Of a stretch of DNA of 64,000 nt, positions 9,535-19,455 are shown in pieces. The stretch comes from Gemmataceae bacterium (lineage in GTDB: Bacteria > Planctomycetota > Planctomycetia > Gemmatales > Gemmataceae), in assembly GCA_036557565.1 (NCBI GenBank), contig DATBHJ010000114.1, positions 1,174 through 65,173 on the forward strand, read 5' to 3'. The position numbers were made by a program, and so were the translations under genes. Each line of letters opens with the position of its first letter. Within the stretch, counting starts at the first letter, position 1. The notes under the pieces were generated by a model that saw only the letters and a list, made by a program, of their open reading frames with translations, did no database searches and was not told the origin of the DNA.

Positions 9535-10953
9535 ATGATAAGGCTGGCGGGTCTCTTGCTCCTGTTCGCCGCCTGTGCGGCCGGGCAGGGGTGTGCGTCT
9601 GTGAGCAACCCGGTAGCCAACGGAATCCCGGCACGACGGGTGCCGCCCGAATTGCTCGGCGAGTCGAAGGAGGGAATGCAACGGCTCCCTCTGACGCTGT
9701 TGCAACAACCACCGCCGCGAGCCTACAAACTCGCTGCTGGCGACGTGCTTGGCGTCTGGATCGAAGGGGTAATAGGCGAGAAAGGGAAGCCACCGCTCAT
9801 CATTGACCGGAAGGAAATGGGACCCTCCTCCGACTCTGCGGGAACCATCCAGCAAACCACGGCCGTTGGCTATCCCATCCCGATCCGTGCAAACGGCACG
9901 ATCAAATTGCCAGTAGTGCCGCCGATCAATCTCGAGGGCCTGACGCTGGAGCAGGCCGAGGAGGAGATCCGGAAGGCTTACACGATAACCAAAAAAGTTC
10001 TTCAGCCAGGTCGGGAATCCATCATCGTAACGCTCTACCGTCCCCGAACCTACCACATTCTGGTTATTCGCCAGGATGGTGCTGCAGGGGCGACGCCAGG
10101 GGCGGCGGCGGGTGGGGGCTCGACCGGCGCCCGCTCAATCGGCTTCCTTCTCTCCCTGGGAGGCGGCGCACGCGGCGCCCGCCGCGGAACAGGACATTCC
10201 CTGGACCTCCCTGCCTACAAAAATGACATCCTGAACGCTCTGGCCCAGACCGGCGGTCTTCCTGGGACCGATGCCGCCGACGAAATCATCATCGAACGCG
10301 GCTCCTTCCAGGGAGAGCAGGGCCGACAGAACCTAGTGGATTCTCTTCTGGCTTGCCCCGGAAGCGACCTTCTTTCCCTGGCGCCCGGCACCCAACGGAC
10401 TCGCATCCCTCTTCGGTATCGGCCGGGCCAGTCTCTGCCCATCCGGCAGGAAGACGCTATTCTGCAGTCAGGAGACATCGTCTTCATCGAGTCACGCGAG
10501 TCCGAAGTGTTCTACGCAGGCGGTCTACTGCCCTCAGGCGAGTACCCCCTCCCGCGCGACTCCGACCTCGACGTTGTGGAAGCCGTCCTGCGCATCGGCG
10601 GTCCCCTCTGGTTTTCAGGTTTTCAGACCGCCAACATTTCCGGAAACATCATGACCGGCGGCCTTAGCTTCCCCCGCCCGACCCTGGTGAACATCGTCCG
10701 GCCGACCCCGGGCTGTAAACAGGTGGTGATTCGCGTGGACCTAGAGCGCGCTCTCCGCGATCCTCGCGAGCGCATTCTGATTCAACCCAAGGATCTGGTC
10801 CTCTTGCAAGAGCGTCCGCAAGAGGCGCTGGGGCGTTATCTCTACGAGATCTTCGACTTCCCCTTCAGCTACATTTTGGGGAATGGCCCCCGCATCATGG
10901 GACATATTGGCTACCAGGCCGGTTACGCTGCTTTTACCCCCGGTGTCCCTTAA
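9535..10953 (+). CDS. polysaccharide export protein (Wza/Poly_export + SLBB type)
   Basis: Lipoprotein signal MIRLAGLLLLFAACAAGQGCAS (ATG 9535), Poly_export-like YKLAAGDVLGVWIEG, and SLBB-like LQSGDIVFIESRESEVFYAGG. Confidence 0.85.
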   Translation: MIRLAGLLLLFAACAAGQGCASVSNPVANGIPARRVPPELLGESKEGMQRLPLTLLQQPPPRAYKLAAGDVLGVWIEGVIGEKGKPPLIIDRKEMGPSSDSAGTIQQTTAVGYPIPIRANGTIKLPVVPPINLEGLTLEQAEEEIRKAYTITKKVLQPGRESIIVTLYRPRTYHILVIRQDGAAGATPGAAAGGGSTGARSIGFLLSLGGGARGARRGTGHSLDLPAYKNDILNALAQTGGLPGTDAADEIIIERGSFQGEQGRQNLVDSLLACPGSDLLSLAPGTQRTRIPLRYRPGQSLPIRQEDAILQSGDIVFIESRESEVFYAGGLLPSGEYPLPRDSDLDVVEAVLRIGGPLWFSGFQTANISGNIMTGGLSFPRPTLVNIVRPTPGCKQVVIRVDLERALRDPRERILIQPKDLVLLQERPQEALGRYLYEIFDFPFSYILGNGPRIMGHIGYQAGYAAFTPGVP

Positions 10954-10974
10954 ACGGCGACTGGCAAGCATGAT

Positions 10975-11751
10975 CTACCAGAAGGGAACAAACCAGCGCC
11001 GAGATGGCGGCTCGGGTAGGGGCGCCTGCAAGGGCATGCCATACACGACAGCCGCGGCGTTGGTGCTGAATACGCGGTCGGCTGCTTCGATCCCCACCCA
11101 GTGGAGGACTTTACGATATGCCTCCGCCATTCGCGGCCGCCTTCGCCTCGGAGAATGTGCATCCGAACCCATGAGATGAACGACACCTCGACGAAACCAA
11201 CTCTTCAAGGCCCGGAGATCGTGGCCGGTTGAGGGGTTGGTGACACTCCCCGAGGATACTTGGATAAGACAGCCAACCTGGATCAGCTGTTCGATCCGGC
11301 CCAAGTCATGAAGAAGTTCGGGGGTGCGCTCCGGGTGAGCGAGGATGAGCCGGACGCCGGATTGGCGCAGATTTCCGGCGATCTGGCGTAGATCGACGAA
11401 GAGATCGTTCGGCATCTCGACGAGAAGGTAGCTACCACGGTCAGCAACACTGAGCAGTTCCCTGCGCTGCCAGGCTGCTTCAAGGTCCGGACGGGCCATC
11501 ACCTCGGAGCACGGGAAGACGGAGAGGGCGATACCCTCCTGGTGCAAGGTTTGCGTCAGTTTCTGCACACGTTCCCGGATCAGCTGAGGATTAACGGCGC
11601 TCCAGCGCTCATTCTGGTGAGCGAGTGCAGCGGAGACTTGGATGCCATCAGCGCAGGCGATGCGGCACATCTCCAGGACTTCCTCGTCCGTACGCGGTCC
11701 ATCGTCCACTCCGGCTAGGAGATGGCAGTGCATGTCAATTAGAGGGATCAT
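10975..11751 (-). CDS. CpsB/CapC-type (PHP family) protein-tyrosine phosphatase
   Basis: MIPLIDMHCHLLAGVDDGPRT..., LILAHPERT and LMGSDAHS are the metal-binding His/Asp motifs of PHP-type Tyr phosphatases. Confidence 0.9.
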   Translation of the reverse strand: MIPLIDMHCHLLAGVDDGPRTDEEVLEMCRIACADGIQVSAALAHQNERWSAVNPQLIRERVQKLTQTLHQEGIALSVFPCSEVMARPDLEAAWQRRELLSVADRGSYLLVEMPNDLFVDLRQIAGNLRQSGVRLILAHPERTPELLHDLGRIEQLIQVGCLIQVSSGSVTNPSTGHDLRALKSWFRRGVVHLMGSDAHSPRRRRPRMAEAYRKVLHWVGIEAADRVFSTNAAAVVYGMPLQAPLPEPPSRRWFVPFW

Positions 11752-11817
11752 AGCTCGTCACATAAGAGCGGGAAACGCGAGCCATGGCTGGGCGAGCGGA
11801 ACGCCCGCTTGACTCTG

Positions 11818-14166
11818 TTAGCGGTTGAGTAACCAAGCAAAAAAACCCGTCCTCCTTCGAGATGATTGCCCTGAAACAGATGGTTGGTTATTAGTGTCCA
11901 TTGCTTCATTCGCCCCTGTACGTTCTGCATCGCCACCATCCGAAGAATAATACTCCTGATACTGGTAGCGATAAGTGTAAGAGCCGCCATAACCATAACT
12001 TTTCGTGTCCGTTCGTATTCCGTTCACCACCGCCCCGATCAAATGTGCTCCCATCGTCGAGAGGATCTCTTTGGCTCGCAGAGCATGGGGACGCGCATGT
12101 TTGGAGGTGCGCAAAGTCAGGATCACGCCGTCTACGTGAGGCATGACGACACAGGGATCGGTAACTGCCAAAAGCGGCGGAGTATCGATCAAGACCATAT
12201 CATATTTCTCACGTAGGTAGCCGAGCACTTCCTTGAAGCGGGGCGAACTGAGTAGCTCAGCAGGGTTGGGAGGAGTTGGCCCACAGGGCAAAATGGACAG
12301 ACCGGGGATAAGACTGTCCAGAATGACGTCGTTCAACTCTGCTTCTCCACCAATTACCGAGGCCAGTCCCTGTCCGGCGCTGGTATTAAATAGCTTGTGG
12401 ATGCGGGGCCGGCGAAAATCGGCGTCGATCAGGATCACTGTCTTTTCCGCCTGCGCGATGGAAATGGCTAGGTTCGTGATAAGGGTCGATTTCCCATCGC
12501 CCATGTCAGGGCTAGTAACTTGTATGAGGGCGTGACCTTTCGCTCGATTGAAGAAAAAGAGGGCGGTTCGCACGCTTCGGTAGGCTTCCGCCTCGCGCGA
12601 CTTGGGGCGATGCACGGTACAGAGGCTTGGATCAACCTGAAGGCCATTCGCAGTAAGGAGATTCTCCTTATCTTCCAAGGTAGCATAGAATGGGATGTGC
12701 CCCACCACCGGCACACCGAGTTGCCGGCGGATCTCCTCCGGAGTGCGGAAACTCTGATCGGAGATCTCCGCCATGTACGCTAGGCCTAAGCCAGCGAGAA
12801 GCCCCAGGAAAATGGCGCAGGGAAACACAACAGCGGCTTTCGGCGCTACCTTGGTCCCGATCCCCGGAGCGTTAATGACTTCTGCTTCAAAGCCGCCGTC
12901 GATATTTTGGAGAATGCTCACTTCGTCTAAGCGCTTGGCGATTGCATCGAATAGATGCTCATGACGACCGAGATCATTGCGGTGCAATTCATTCATTCTC
13001 TCTAAAGCAAGCAACGGCTTTGCTTGCTTATGCGCCTTTTGGAGCAATTTGGCCGTGGTCTCCGATGCCGTCCGGAGGTACTCCAGCTCCAGCTTCAACG
13101 CTTGTAAGTGGCTCGTCAACGGGTCTCCGCCCGTGCTATCGTTGCTTCCAGACACCCCATTTGAATGCTTCACCCGCCCGCGAAGAAAGTCGAGTTCCTC
13201 GCGAACCGAGCGAACTTCTGGATGATCCGGCCCGTAATCCTCTGACAGGGTTTTCTCCAGGAGCTTGAGAGCCATCAGACGATCTGTCGTGTGAGAGTCC
13301 ACGTGCCCCGTGGCGATGCCGCTTGCCGAAGTCTGAGAAATCATGGTGAGCAACTCCACGCGGCTGTAATGTCCCTCTTTCATGGCCTTATCGATGGCTT
13401 GGAGTCTCCCCTCAAGATCCGCTGCCCGATTGATAAAGTCAATCCTCTTGGCCTCTAAGTTAATCAGCAGTACTTGCATGGAATTGTATCCGTCCTTGCT
13501 TTTCCATAAATCAGTAGGCAACTGGGCGAGGAAAGCATCATAGTCCTTCTGTTTTTGAGCGATCTTGTCGGCGAGAATCGTGTTGGCATCGCTGATGAGC
13601 TTGGCCGTCTCATCAGCACCGGTCCTGTAGCGATTCTTGAGGAACCGCTGATAGCTCTCGATGATCGCCGTCACGATGGTGGCGGCGTCCTCAGCATGGG
13701 AAGTCCGGAACGAGACGTTCAGGATGTTGGTCGGTACGCCATTGTTGCTATCCCGCGATAGCTTGAGTGCGGAAATGATCTCGCTGCCTGGATTTAATTT
13801 GCCTTCGAACGATGGTAAATTCGCCAAATCTGCCGCTTGCACAGCGTCACTCACAACGAGTGGGCTGCGGATGAGTGTCTGGTGTGTCGCAAGAAAATCT
13901 GAACCTTCGGAGCCTGTCTCCACACCACTTCTGTCGCCATTTAGCGGCAGACGGTTTTGTGACTTGTTTATCACCAAAATCTGGGCATTAGCCTGAAAAA
14001 CGGGGGTTGCCTTGGCGTAATACAAAACACCGACGACGCAACCTGCAACGGCCCCCAAAATCAGAAGCCAGTAGTGGTTCAAGATCAAGCGTAAGGCAAG
14101 GTTCTGGGATGTCGATTCTTGGGTTTCAAGTTGATCCGATCCACTCACTTCAACGAGAGCTGCCAT
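11818..14166 (-). CDS. Wzc/GumC-type polysaccharide co-polymerase fused to BY tyrosine autokinase
   Basis: N-terminal TM plus a long coiled-coil periplasmic domain and a second TM. Kinase domain: Walker A SPDMGDGKST, A' VILIDADFRRP, B LIDTPP. The Tyr-cluster tail is KSYGYGGSYTYRYQYQEYY. Confidence 0.92.
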   Translation of the reverse strand: MAALVEVSGSDQLETQESTSQNLALRLILNHYWLLILGAVAGCVVGVLYYAKATPVFQANAQILVINKSQNRLPLNGDRSGVETGSEGSDFLATHQTLIRSPLVVSDAVQAADLANLPSFEGKLNPGSEIISALKLSRDSNNGVPTNILNVSFRTSHAEDAATIVTAIIESYQRFLKNRYRTGADETAKLISDANTILADKIAQKQKDYDAFLAQLPTDLWKSKDGYNSMQVLLINLEAKRIDFINRAADLEGRLQAIDKAMKEGHYSRVELLTMISQTSASGIATGHVDSHTTDRLMALKLLEKTLSEDYGPDHPEVRSVREELDFLRGRVKHSNGVSGSNDSTGGDPLTSHLQALKLELEYLRTASETTAKLLQKAHKQAKPLLALERMNELHRNDLGRHEHLFDAIAKRLDEVSILQNIDGGFEAEVINAPGIGTKVAPKAAVVFPCAIFLGLLAGLGLAYMAEISDQSFRTPEEIRRQLGVPVVGHIPFYATLEDKENLLTANGLQVDPSLCTVHRPKSREAEAYRSVRTALFFFNRAKGHALIQVTSPDMGDGKSTLITNLAISIAQAEKTVILIDADFRRPRIHKLFNTSAGQGLASVIGGEAELNDVILDSLIPGLSILPCGPTPPNPAELLSSPRFKEVLGYLREKYDMVLIDTPPLLAVTDPCVVMPHVDGVILTLRTSKHARPHALRAKEILSTMGAHLIGAVVNGIRTDTKSYGYGGSYTYRYQYQEYYSSDGGDAERTGANEAMDTNNQPSVSGQSSRRRTGFFAWLLNR

Positions 14167-14250
14167 GATGTTACCTCGAAAACGTCAATGTCGTTGCAAC
14201 GAGGACCGTCGCATACTTTGGGGCACGGTCAGAGATTAGTTCCACTTCCA

Positions 14251-15488
14251 CTATTGTATACCGCGCGGCTTGATCGTGTAATTCCACTTGGGGCAGGTGC
14301 TATGATGCTCGATGTTCAACTCGGCCACTTCGGCATCGCTGACCACTACTCCTCGGCGGTACGAGTTCTCCAACCACTCGGCCGTTACCTCCAACCTCGT
14401 AGCCGTCCCCGTCCGCCCAAAAGGGGCCACAGCGAACCCGACGTCCGTAGCAGCATCCCCGCCGAATTCCGGCTGATCTGACTGAACAGGCGGTATTCCA
14501 CTGCGTTCCACTTGCTCACTCCACATGGTTAGTGGCAGACCTTCACTGCCAGGCCGTACCAGTCGGCCAGCCCTTGCAGCCGACGTTTCCACAGACGCGG
14601 CCGGCAGCCCTTGCTGCCGCCGCTGTCCGCCAACAACAAAGCACCCCGCCTCCGATAACGCTTGCAGCCGCGGCGGACCCACAACGGCTCACGACATCGG
14701 TGCCGAAGTCTGGCATGTCCGCCGACGTGCCGACCACTAGATGGCCCGTATCGACCAAAGGGCCATACAACCCGTAGAGGATCTCTCGACAGAAGGCGTC
14801 GCTGTAGAAGTCATGAACGCTGACCTCCATTGGTTCGTCGACCCACGCCGCCCGCCGTTGGCGAAGTTGCCCACCAATTCCTTCTTCTTGGTGTCTAAGC
14901 TCAGGATGGGCAGCCCCTCTGTCCGCAACTCCTCGATCATCGCCTCGATTCAGACGAATTGCCGGTCGCAGTCGTGGTGGTAAGGGCCGGTAATGCGCTT
15001 GCGGTCGACCCGCACGCTGTAGCCCAGCCCGCGCAGCAATTCTGCGACTGTCGCGGGACACACCTCATGGCCCAACGTCGCCAGTTCGTCGCTGAGCTGA
15101 CGCGAGCTGCGGCGGACGAACTTGCCTTGGGTCACGGGGTCGCCGCCGGTAGCCAGCTCGGCCAGTTGCTTAAAGTCCTCGAGGACGGCTGGTTTTTTCC
15201 CCTGGGCGGTCGGCCGGAGCGAGGACGGCGAACACGGTCGCTGGGCCGTCCTTGTGACTGAGCATTCAACTACTCGCGGCCGCGTCGGATGGTATCGACG
15301 TGCAGGCCAATGATGAGAGAGATCAGGGTATTGCCACTGTAGCCAGCCTCCCTCGACTGCAGGCCAGCAAACCAGCGGCGTTGTCGTTCGTCCAGGCGGC
15401 TCATGAGGAGGTTGATCAGGTGATGCAGTTGCCGGTCTGGATGATCCTGCCCACTCTGGTAGTGAGGGCAGGCACAAGACATGAACAA
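14251..15488 (-). pseudogene. ISAzo13-family (Rhodopirellula-transposase-type DDE) transposase, multiply frameshifted
   Basis: Collinear fragments lie in three frames: LDERQRRWFAGLQSREAGYSGN...VDTIRRGRE; VTQGKFVRRSSRQLSDELATLGHEV; LSLDTKKKELVGNFANGGR; VSVHDFYSD...; and a C-terminus ...VVVSDAEVAELNIEHHSTCPKWNYTIKP. Confidence 0.8.
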
Positions 15489-15905
15489 CCGTGTCCGCCA
15501 TGACGATTCCTCTGAAACGTGACAAGCCGAGCGACGGAGGACATTGTGGGAAAACTCTTCGAACTCATTACTGGACGCGCCCTTATTGTCGCATTACGGC
15601 TAGCACAACGGCGGTCGATTCCGCCGGTAGTGTGCCCTTTAGATTTTTATCACGGAATTCGACTGGACCACCTGCCGGAGAGCCAGCTAATCCGGAAGCA
15701 CGCTATGGTCGTTATACACTACCGGACTTTCGTCTATTCTTATAGTCGAGCGGCGTCATACTCCCCCCTTGATCGGCGACAACTACCTCTCCCCTTTAGC
15801 GGCGATTGGGATTCTCCATGGTTCTCCGGGGCCCCGGTTCCAGCCGCGCGTGGCCAGGGATGTCCCCGCCGTCCTCACTGAGACCAACTCTTTCGTCTTC
15901 GTCGC

Positions 15906-16262
15906 CTATTCGACCTCACATCTCAGTATGTTCAGTTCCAGAATGACGCCGTGATACGTTAGCCGATCGATGGCCGCAGCGGTCGTCATGGCGTCCTCGA
16001 AAATGGTCTCCTACCTCGAGAACGGCAAGTTGCTGGTCAAGAGCACTCTGCTCGGTTCGGAGCGTTCGGCCAACAGCGTGAACAAGACTTCTATTTCCTC
16101 GCAGCTCTGTTGCACGTAACCGAGGTCGTCCATGATCAGACCCTCGAAGGCATTGAGCCGCTTGAGTACTTTTCTCACCTTCAAGTCCCGCTTGGCGACT
16201 AGCAGTTCCTGCACCAGCAGGCTGGATGCGCAGAAATACAGCTTGCGGCCCGCGCGGATCAA
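15906..16262 (-). pseudogene. IS21-family IstB helper ATPase, 3' fragment with a frameshift
   Basis: ...LIMDDLGYVQQSCEEIEVLFTLLAERSEPSRVLLTSNLPFS (Walker B region), then in another frame ...ETIFEDAMTTAAAIDRLTYHGVILELNI. No IstA and no N-terminal part are present. Confidence 0.7.
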
Positions 16263-16271
16263 TTCTTTCCT

Positions 16272-17504
16272 CTATACACCCCCTCGCAGAAGTACGCGGT
16301 AGGATTCCAGGATCTGTTGACCGAGGCGGGACTGATTGAATCTGCTAACTGCCGTGAGGCGAGCTTGTTTACAGAGGCGCTGTCGCCGCTGCGCGTCCTC
16401 AACGAGGGTTCTTATCGCTAGAGCTAATCCTGAGACGTCGCCCGGCAAAACCCCGATGGCGTCCACGTCATGTTTGTACAGCTCCACGGTTCCGCCAGCT
16501 CGTGCCACGATGACTGCCTTGGCACACGCCATGGCCTCGATGATAGTGCGACCGAACGGCTCAGGCTCCGTACTGGCATGCACTACGATATCGAGAGCCC
16601 GATACACTTCCACGATATCTTCCTGGAAGCTCACGAAGCCTAAACGTTGTGTGCTGAGTAGGTGAGGAGCGCGCGCCTTTAACTCGGAGACAGACCACTG
16701 CGAGCCATGAGTGTGATAGATCGGGCTGCCAACGATGTAGAATCGGAGTTTAAGTTGAGGGACATCGCGGAGTACCTCTTCCGCAGCTTCCAAAAACACA
16801 TTCTGCCCTTTCCAGCGTGCGAACGTTGCCACGAGCCCAACTCGGAGGATGTCCGCGCCAACCTCCGGAAGTCCGGCCAACCTATCGAGTCGGCGACCAT
16901 CTCCCGGTCCGGGGGTAAAATGGTCGGTGTCGATAGCATTATGGATCACCGCAGTAGGAACACTCTGCAGGACTAAGCGTATGTCCTGTTCGACAGCTTG
17001 GGAAATGGCAATGATGGTTGGACAACAACCCGCTGCCCAGCGCAGAACGCGAGACATCAACGGACGGGAGCCCAGAAAATCGCGCACATGCCAAACGATG
17101 CACGAGCGTCGCAAAGAGGCGAGGCCCGTGAGCAGATGAAACTTATTACTATTCGAGTGGATAATGTTCGGCTGTATTTTATCCACGAACCGCTTCAATC
17201 GCCTAGCATATTGCCAAGTTTTCCACGCTAGGGGCACAGTGCGGGGTATCATTGTTAAGGCCGCACGATATCTTCCTTGTCCCCGCAAGGCATAGTCTCC
17301 TGCGGTGAGCAAGGAAGCAGGCAGAGGCAGGAGATGAACGTTTACTCCCAGTTTTCGGGCACTCTCGATCAGCGGCCCCTCGGCGGCAACAAGCAAGTGC
17401 AAGTTCACCGAGGGATCGGTCTGACGTACCGAGGCCATTACATCGAGAAGGCTCCGTTCGGCCCCTCCGAGAGCTGCGGAAGCGTTGAGATACAAAACCT
17501 TCAC
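16272..17504 (-). CDS. glycosyltransferase family 4 (GT-B)
   Basis: VKVLYLNASAALGGAERS N-terminus and C-terminal EX7E region STEPEPFGRTIIEAMACAKAVIV. The GTG start at 17504 overlaps the TGA of the upstream AsnB gene (GTGA) and follows a GAGGAAG SD. Confidence 0.85.
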   Translation of the reverse strand: MKVLYLNASAALGGAERSLLDVMASVRQTDPSVNLHLLVAAEGPLIESARKLGVNVHLLPLPASLLTAGDYALRGQGRYRAALTMIPRTVPLAWKTWQYARRLKRFVDKIQPNIIHSNSNKFHLLTGLASLRRSCIVWHVRDFLGSRPLMSRVLRWAAGCCPTIIAISQAVEQDIRLVLQSVPTAVIHNAIDTDHFTPGPGDGRRLDRLAGLPEVGADILRVGLVATFARWKGQNVFLEAAEEVLRDVPQLKLRFYIVGSPIYHTHGSQWSVSELKARAPHLLSTQRLGFVSFQEDIVEVYRALDIVVHASTEPEPFGRTIIEAMACAKAVIVARAGGTVELYKHDVDAIGVLPGDVSGLALAIRTLVEDAQRRQRLCKQARLTAVSRFNQSRLGQQILESYRVLLRGGV

Positions 17505-19450
17505 AAGATCTTCCTCAAGCCGTGCCGGACGGAATAATGCGCAAGGATTAGTAGAGCAAGGATCTGCAAGGCAGCGACGCGCCGATCTCTCGCCTCGAAT
17601 CGTTTCCACAGCCGCGCTGGCGCAGCTGGGTTGAATCCCAACCCGAGCCAAACATCTGTGTCGCTCAACGCTTTCTTTGCGTAAGAGCGCAGTGGGCCTC
17701 GCAGCCAGGCCTCCCAGGGGAAGGTAAATCCTCGTTTCGGGCGAGTGTATACCAAAGCAGGAAGACGCTTGCCCACAGCGTCCAGCAACAAAGGTTTGGG
17801 GCGAGGGTCGGGACGCTTGTGCGCCCCGGCTATTGACGCTGCCTCTTCGACCAGGCGATGATCGAGCAGAGGTACGCGGACTTCCAAACCGTGAGCCATA
17901 CTAAAGATGTCAGCATCGCGCAAAAGCATATGTCTCATGTATGAGCTAAGCTCGAAACAGGATACTTGATTTACGACATCGAGGCCGCGTGACTGTTCCA
18001 GCAACTCGGTCAGGAGTGCCTGAGGAATTCCGGCATCCGGATCGCTCTCCGCCGGCAGTGGATGCATTGCGCGCCGCTCAAGCGGAAGGAAAAGTTCTCG
18101 TCGGAGAAGATACATTTGTACGGGCGAGCACTGGCGGCGGAACATCTCGGCTGCCTTGGCCCACGGACGCCCTCCGGTCGTGCTCATTAGGCGGGCAAAA
18201 GTACGGCCAATCGGCCGCGCCCAACGCGTTCGTCGTCGCCAGAGGAGGGCGCGGGGGACATCGGCAAAGCTCGCATATCCGCCGAATAACTCATCGCCTC
18301 CCAAACCACTCAAGGCAACTGTCAGTCCCGCTCGCCGCGCCGCCTGCGCCACGAAGTAGACGTTGAAACCGTCCACCGTCGGCTGGTCGGCAGCTGTCAG
18401 AGCGTCGGTCAAATGATCGAGAATGTCCTGCCCGGTTAGGCGGACAGAACGAAAACCTACACCGAGGGCCGTAGCGACGGCCTCGGCTGTCTGGGTTTCA
18501 TCAAACTGCGGCTGATCGAAGCCGATGGAAACCGTTTGAATGTCTGTACCGGCAACCTCCGTCGCCACCGTAGCCAGTGCTGCCGAATCTATCCCTCCCG
18601 AAAGAAACAATCCGAGCGGGACATCGGCGAGCAACTGCATCTGTACTGCTTGGCGAAGCGTCGCGCCAAGTTGGTGCTCTGCTTGATCCCGAGCGAGATC
18701 TCTTGCCCCCTCTTGCGCTAGGGGCGTGAAGGGGATGCGCCAATACGTCCGCTCCTTAACCGCCCGCCCCAACCAATCGGTAGTCAGCGATTGGCCAGGC
18801 GCTAGAAGATGTACCCCCTGCACGATGCTCTCCGCCCCGTAGACCGCACCTTGGGCCAGAAAGCTCTCCAGAGCGAAGGCGTTTACCAAAGGCGGCACCA
18901 AGTCCGCTCCGGCGGCCAGCAGAGTTCGGAGTTCCGAAGCAAACAGCAGACCCCCGCCGCGTGGACGAAAGAGGTAGAGGGGTTTGATCCCCAGGTGGTC
19001 CCGACAGAACCAGGCCGTACTTCGTTGCGTGTCGAGAAGACACCAGGCGAACATGCCATGAAGCTTTTCGACACTCGATTCACCCCAGGCGCGATAAGCG
19101 TGCAAGATGACCTCCGTGTCGCAGCGGGTCCGACAAGGCCAACCGGCCGATGCCAGCTTGTCATGGAAGGCGAGAAAGTTATAGATCTCGCCATTGAAGA
19201 CGATCCAGTTCGGCGGCGCCGTTTCATCTGGAGGTTTATCCGGCATCGGCTGGTGGGCTGCGGACGAAAGGTCCACGATGGCCAAGCGGGTGTGGATCAA
19301 AACGGCGGGCGGGGCACGCCCCTGGGGATCTGCAACGACTTCGATGCCTTCGTCATCGGGTCCTCGATGTCGCATCGCTGTTAGCATTCGTGGAGCAGCA
19401 GCCTTGGCCAGTTCCTCCGCTACGCCTAACATGCCGGCAATTCCACACAT
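17501..19450 (-). CDS. asparagine synthase (glutamine-hydrolysing)-type amidotransferase
   Basis: Ntn start MCGIAGMLG (ATG 19450, AGGAAG SD, 6 nt after the upstream stop). PP-loop FLSGGIDSAALA. Similar to AsnB along the full length. Confidence 0.92.
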   Translation of the reverse strand: MCGIAGMLGVAEELAKAAAPRMLTAMRHRGPDDEGIEVVADPQGRAPPAVLIHTRLAIVDLSSAAHQPMPDKPPDETAPPNWIVFNGEIYNFLAFHDKLASAGWPCRTRCDTEVILHAYRAWGESSVEKLHGMFAWCLLDTQRSTAWFCRDHLGIKPLYLFRPRGGGLLFASELRTLLAAGADLVPPLVNAFALESFLAQGAVYGAESIVQGVHLLAPGQSLTTDWLGRAVKERTYWRIPFTPLAQEGARDLARDQAEHQLGATLRQAVQMQLLADVPLGLFLSGGIDSAALATVATEVAGTDIQTVSIGFDQPQFDETQTAEAVATALGVGFRSVRLTGQDILDHLTDALTAADQPTVDGFNVYFVAQAARRAGLTVALSGLGGDELFGGYASFADVPRALLWRRRTRWARPIGRTFARLMSTTGGRPWAKAAEMFRRQCSPVQMYLLRRELFLPLERRAMHPLPAESDPDAGIPQALLTELLEQSRGLDVVNQVSCFELSSYMRHMLLRDADIFSMAHGLEVRVPLLDHRLVEEAASIAGAHKRPDPRPKPLLLDAVGKRLPALVYTRPKRGFTFPWEAWLRGPLRSYAKKALSDTDVWLGLGFNPAAPARLWKRFEARDRRVAALQILALLILAHYSVRHGLRKIL

Positions 19451-19455
19451 GATCC

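Noticed and set aside
9058-10056. 332-aa minus-strand ORF
   Set aside because: It spans the lipoprotein/Wza junction on the opposite strand, is Gly/Arg-rich, and has no motifs. The plus-strand genes have signal peptides and family motifs.
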